Part shown: positions 60,722 through 64,000 of the stretch, one piece after another | Layout of the letters: each line of letters begins with the position of its first letter | Numbering within the stretch: the first letter of the stretch is position 1 | Assembly (NCBI RefSeq): GCF_006345805.1 | Contig: NC_043021.1 | Span: forward strand, 14,508,001 to 14,572,000 | From: Octopus sinensis | Taxonomy: Eukaryota | DNA: 64,000 nt | Direction of reading: 5' to 3' | Notes under the pieces: generated by a model | Seen by the model: the letters and a program-made list of their open reading frames with translations, nothing else | Database searches by the model: none | What the model was told of the DNA's origin: nothing | Program-made: the position numbers and the translations under genes

Positions 60722-63302
60722 GCATGTGTGTGTGTGTTTGTCCCCCCCCCCTTGATAACTGGTGTCAGTTTGTTTTCATCCCTGTAATTTAGCGATTCAG
60801 CAAAAGTGACTAATAAAATAAGTACCAAGCTTAAAAAAGAAAAAAAAAATTAGTACTGGAGTTGGCTTATTTGACTAAAAGTTCTTCAAGGCAATGCCCC
60901 AGCATGGCCACAGCCTTATGACCAAAACACACAAAAAAGATAAAAGATTAAAAATAAAATTTTATATGATGCATGGACGACAGGGAAAACATGTCCTATG
61001 TATCGCACGTCATACGCAGAAAAAGCTAAGTTTGTTAATTATTCTAAGTGTTAATTATTCAGTCAGTTTTATTAGGAAGGTGTAATATGGAATGGATTTC
61101 ATGTATTCTAAGCAAAATCCAGCTTTGTGTTAGATTTGATGCTGCTGGCCAAACTTTATCAAACTTATGATCAAAACAAATTTATGATCAAACTTATGAT
61201 CAAAGTCATTTGTCATTCATTACCAATTGTCTTTTTTTTTCTTTTCCCAGACATAACAGATGCAGGTATGGCTGTGTGGTTAAGAAGTTCGCCTAGTAAC
61301 CATGTGGCATCGGGTTCAGTCTCAGAGTGCTGCACCTTGGGCAAGTGTTTTCTACTATAGCCCCAGGCTGACCGATTCTTTGAGAGTAGATTTGGTTGAT
61401 GGAAACTGTGTGGAAGCCCATTGTATGTATGCATGTATGTATAATACACATGCACATACACGTGTGTGTATGTGTATTGTGTGTGAATGTGTGTGTTTCT
61501 TCCCTCACCACTTTTCTACTGGAGTTGGTTTGTTTACATCCCTGTAACTTAATGGTTTGATAAAAAAAAAAGGACGATAGAATAAGTACCAAATAAGAAC
61601 AGGGGGCCATTAGTTCAACCAAACCCTTCAAGGTGGTGCCCCAGCATGGCCAGAGTCCTATGCATTGTGCGTTCTTCTTCTTAAGACAGTAAGAATGTGA
61701 ATCAAGGGAAATCTGGTTGTTATTTCTAGCAGATTGAGTGACCACATAAGAGTTCTTTCATTGGCTGTTTGGGGTTTGTGAACATAGCGGGGTCATCCCT
61801 AAAAGATAGTAAGGGGCACAGAGGGGCCCCTTTATAAATAATAAATAACCCCGCTATTCGGGAGCTAGAAGGATTGTTCTGGAATGATGGAGCGAGTTCT
61901 GATGGACTGACACACTCTTTGGCCCAGAAGCAGATATTTAATGTGGTCACCACTGTTGGCAACTCATATGCTCCAACTTATGTCTTTGTTGCTAGGGCAG
62001 AGGTATTAGTTGTTAGGGTATTTAGCTCATAATTGTAGGGTCATGAGTTCAGTATCCAGTGGCATCTTGTCTCCCTGAGCAGTGCCCCTTATTTCACATT
62101 GCTCTAGTCCACTCCGCTGGCAAAAACGAGTAGTGCCTGTAATTCAAAGGGCCAGCCTTTTCATATTCTGTGTCATGCTAAATCTCCTTGAGAACTACAT
62201 TAAGGGTATGCATGTCTGTGGAGCGCTCAGCCACTTGCACATAAATTTCATAAGCAGGCTGTTCCATTGACCGGATCAACTCGAACAATCATTGTCATAA
62301 CCAACAGAGTGGCATATATATTATAGACACCAGAACATTAAGAGTATGTATGTCTGTGGAGCACTCAGCCACTTGCACATTAATTTCACAAACAGGCTGT
62401 TCCATTAATCGGATCAACTGGAACCCCCATTGTCATAACCGACAGAGTGGCATATATATTATAGACACCAGAACATTAAGAGTATGTATGTCTGTGGAGC
62501 ACTCAGCCACTTGCACATTAATTTCACAAGCAGGCTGTTCCATTGATCCGATCAACTGGAACAATGATTGTCATAACCGATGGCGTATCAGTATTGCTTC
62601 CGTCACCGAACGAAATATGGCAACAATCTACTGGTGAACGACAGTTGTCACCCTGTGGCTTTTGACATATCTGGGGACAAATGACAAAGAAGGTTCTACT
62701 TTATTTCTCCTTTTAGCTTCATTAGTCTCCCGCATTAGTCAGGTGATACTTCGGAGAGTACCTGGTCGTTTCCAGCACTTTGGTCTCTCAAAGGACCTTT
62801 TTCAAAAAGTTTATGATGGGCAACATCAGTTTCCCTTGACACCATGTATGAATAACGGATAGTGTGCATGCCCCTTTTTTCTTGTCCCTTTATTTATTGG
62901 TTTCTTGGATTTTAAAATTTTATTTTATTTTTTTAAATTTTTTTATTTCTTTTTTTATTCATATATTTTATTGGGATGGCCATTTACTTGCTGTTTCTGT
63001 TTTTGTAACACATGTACTTTCTCACGGAATTGTAACACTGCATTTACATCTGAACTATTACTTGCTTTTATTCTCAAACTAAAAGTTCATAAAATATGAA
63101 TCTATGCCTGTTAGCCCTTTAATATCATCTATAAATAGGTGAGCCAGTAGACAGCTGAGGTCGAACAGTGAGAGCGTTAGTCTCATTATTGATCCTGTGT
63201 TGGAGTATTGGATTGTTTTTGTATGAACCAATTATAATAAGATAACCAACTCTTGTTACATTGCTTACTTGTTTCTTTATTAGGCACAAAGGCCCGAACA
63301 TA

Positions 63303-64000
63303 GTAATAATGAAATTATTGTATACAGTGCTCAGGTGCACCACAACTTGTCAGAGTACATGCAGTAATGTACAAATATCTGGAAAGCGAACAATGCATGA
63401 GTCAGATACATGCTTGTGTGTGTATGGAGAAGAGAAAATCAGGTGTAGTGTTGGCGAATCTCAGAAAGCATGGAAGTTATGAAGGATGCAGTGCTCCAAC
63501 AACTAACAACTGATGCCGGCAGTTTGTTCCATGCTTCAGCAACTCTCAGCGTGAAAAAATGTTTCCTGAAGTCATGGGAGCTGTGCTGTTTTCTGACTTT
63601 GTAAATATGTCCACGGGTGTTAGATGGGTGGAGTTTGAAAAGGTGCTCAGAGTTATTGTTTGTAAGATGGTTGATAATTTTATGGGTGTCTGCCAAGTCA
63701 GCTGCCAGACGTCAGAGGTGTAGTGTTGGTGAATCTCAGAAAGCATGGAAGTTTTGAAGGATGCAGTGCTCCGACAACTAACAACTGATGCCGGCAGTTT
63801 GTTCCATGCTTCAGCAACTCTCAGCGTGAAAAAATGTTTCCTGAAGTCATGGGAGCTGTGCTGTTTTCTGACTTTGTAAATATGTCCACGGGTGTTAGAT
63901 GGGTGGAGTTTGAAAAGGTGCTCAGAGTTATTGTTTGTACGAGGGTTGATAATTTTATGGGTGTCTGCCAAGTCAGCTGCCAGACGTCAGAGGTGTAGTG
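63303..64000 (-). mobile_element. CR1-group LINE 3' end amplified as ~275 bp tandem units, running off the window
   Basis: Identical junction gccagacgtc|agaggtgtagtg at 63713 and 63988. Confidence 0.9.

Overview
AT-rich, microsatellite-dense eukaryotic genomic DNA. The repeat families suggest an octopus (coleoid cephalopod); that is an inference. The left 38 kb holds the last 12 exons of a + strand gene whose 5' end lies outside the window. All splice phases are consistent, giving about 977 aa: coiled coil followed by an S/T-P-rich basic tail. I could not name the gene. The rest is mostly transposon debris: several modular tRNA-derived SINE families, RTE, CR1-like and Penelope-like retroelements, Tc1/mariner, piggyBac-like and hAT-like MITEs, and Helitrons. 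Highlights not explained by the ORF track: (1) a fully canonical type I hammerhead ribozyme on the - strand at 19631-19728, a near-intact one of the same unusual architecture at 58834-58920, and three degenerate ones, all on the - strand; (2) a near full-length 7SL (SRP) RNA copy embedded in a tRNA-SINE head; (3) a patchwork insertion copied exactly from two nearby loci; (4) a tRNA-headed SINE family that inserts at TA with only a 2-3 bp duplication; (5) several long near-perfect palindromes. Family names come from recalled motifs, not database searches.
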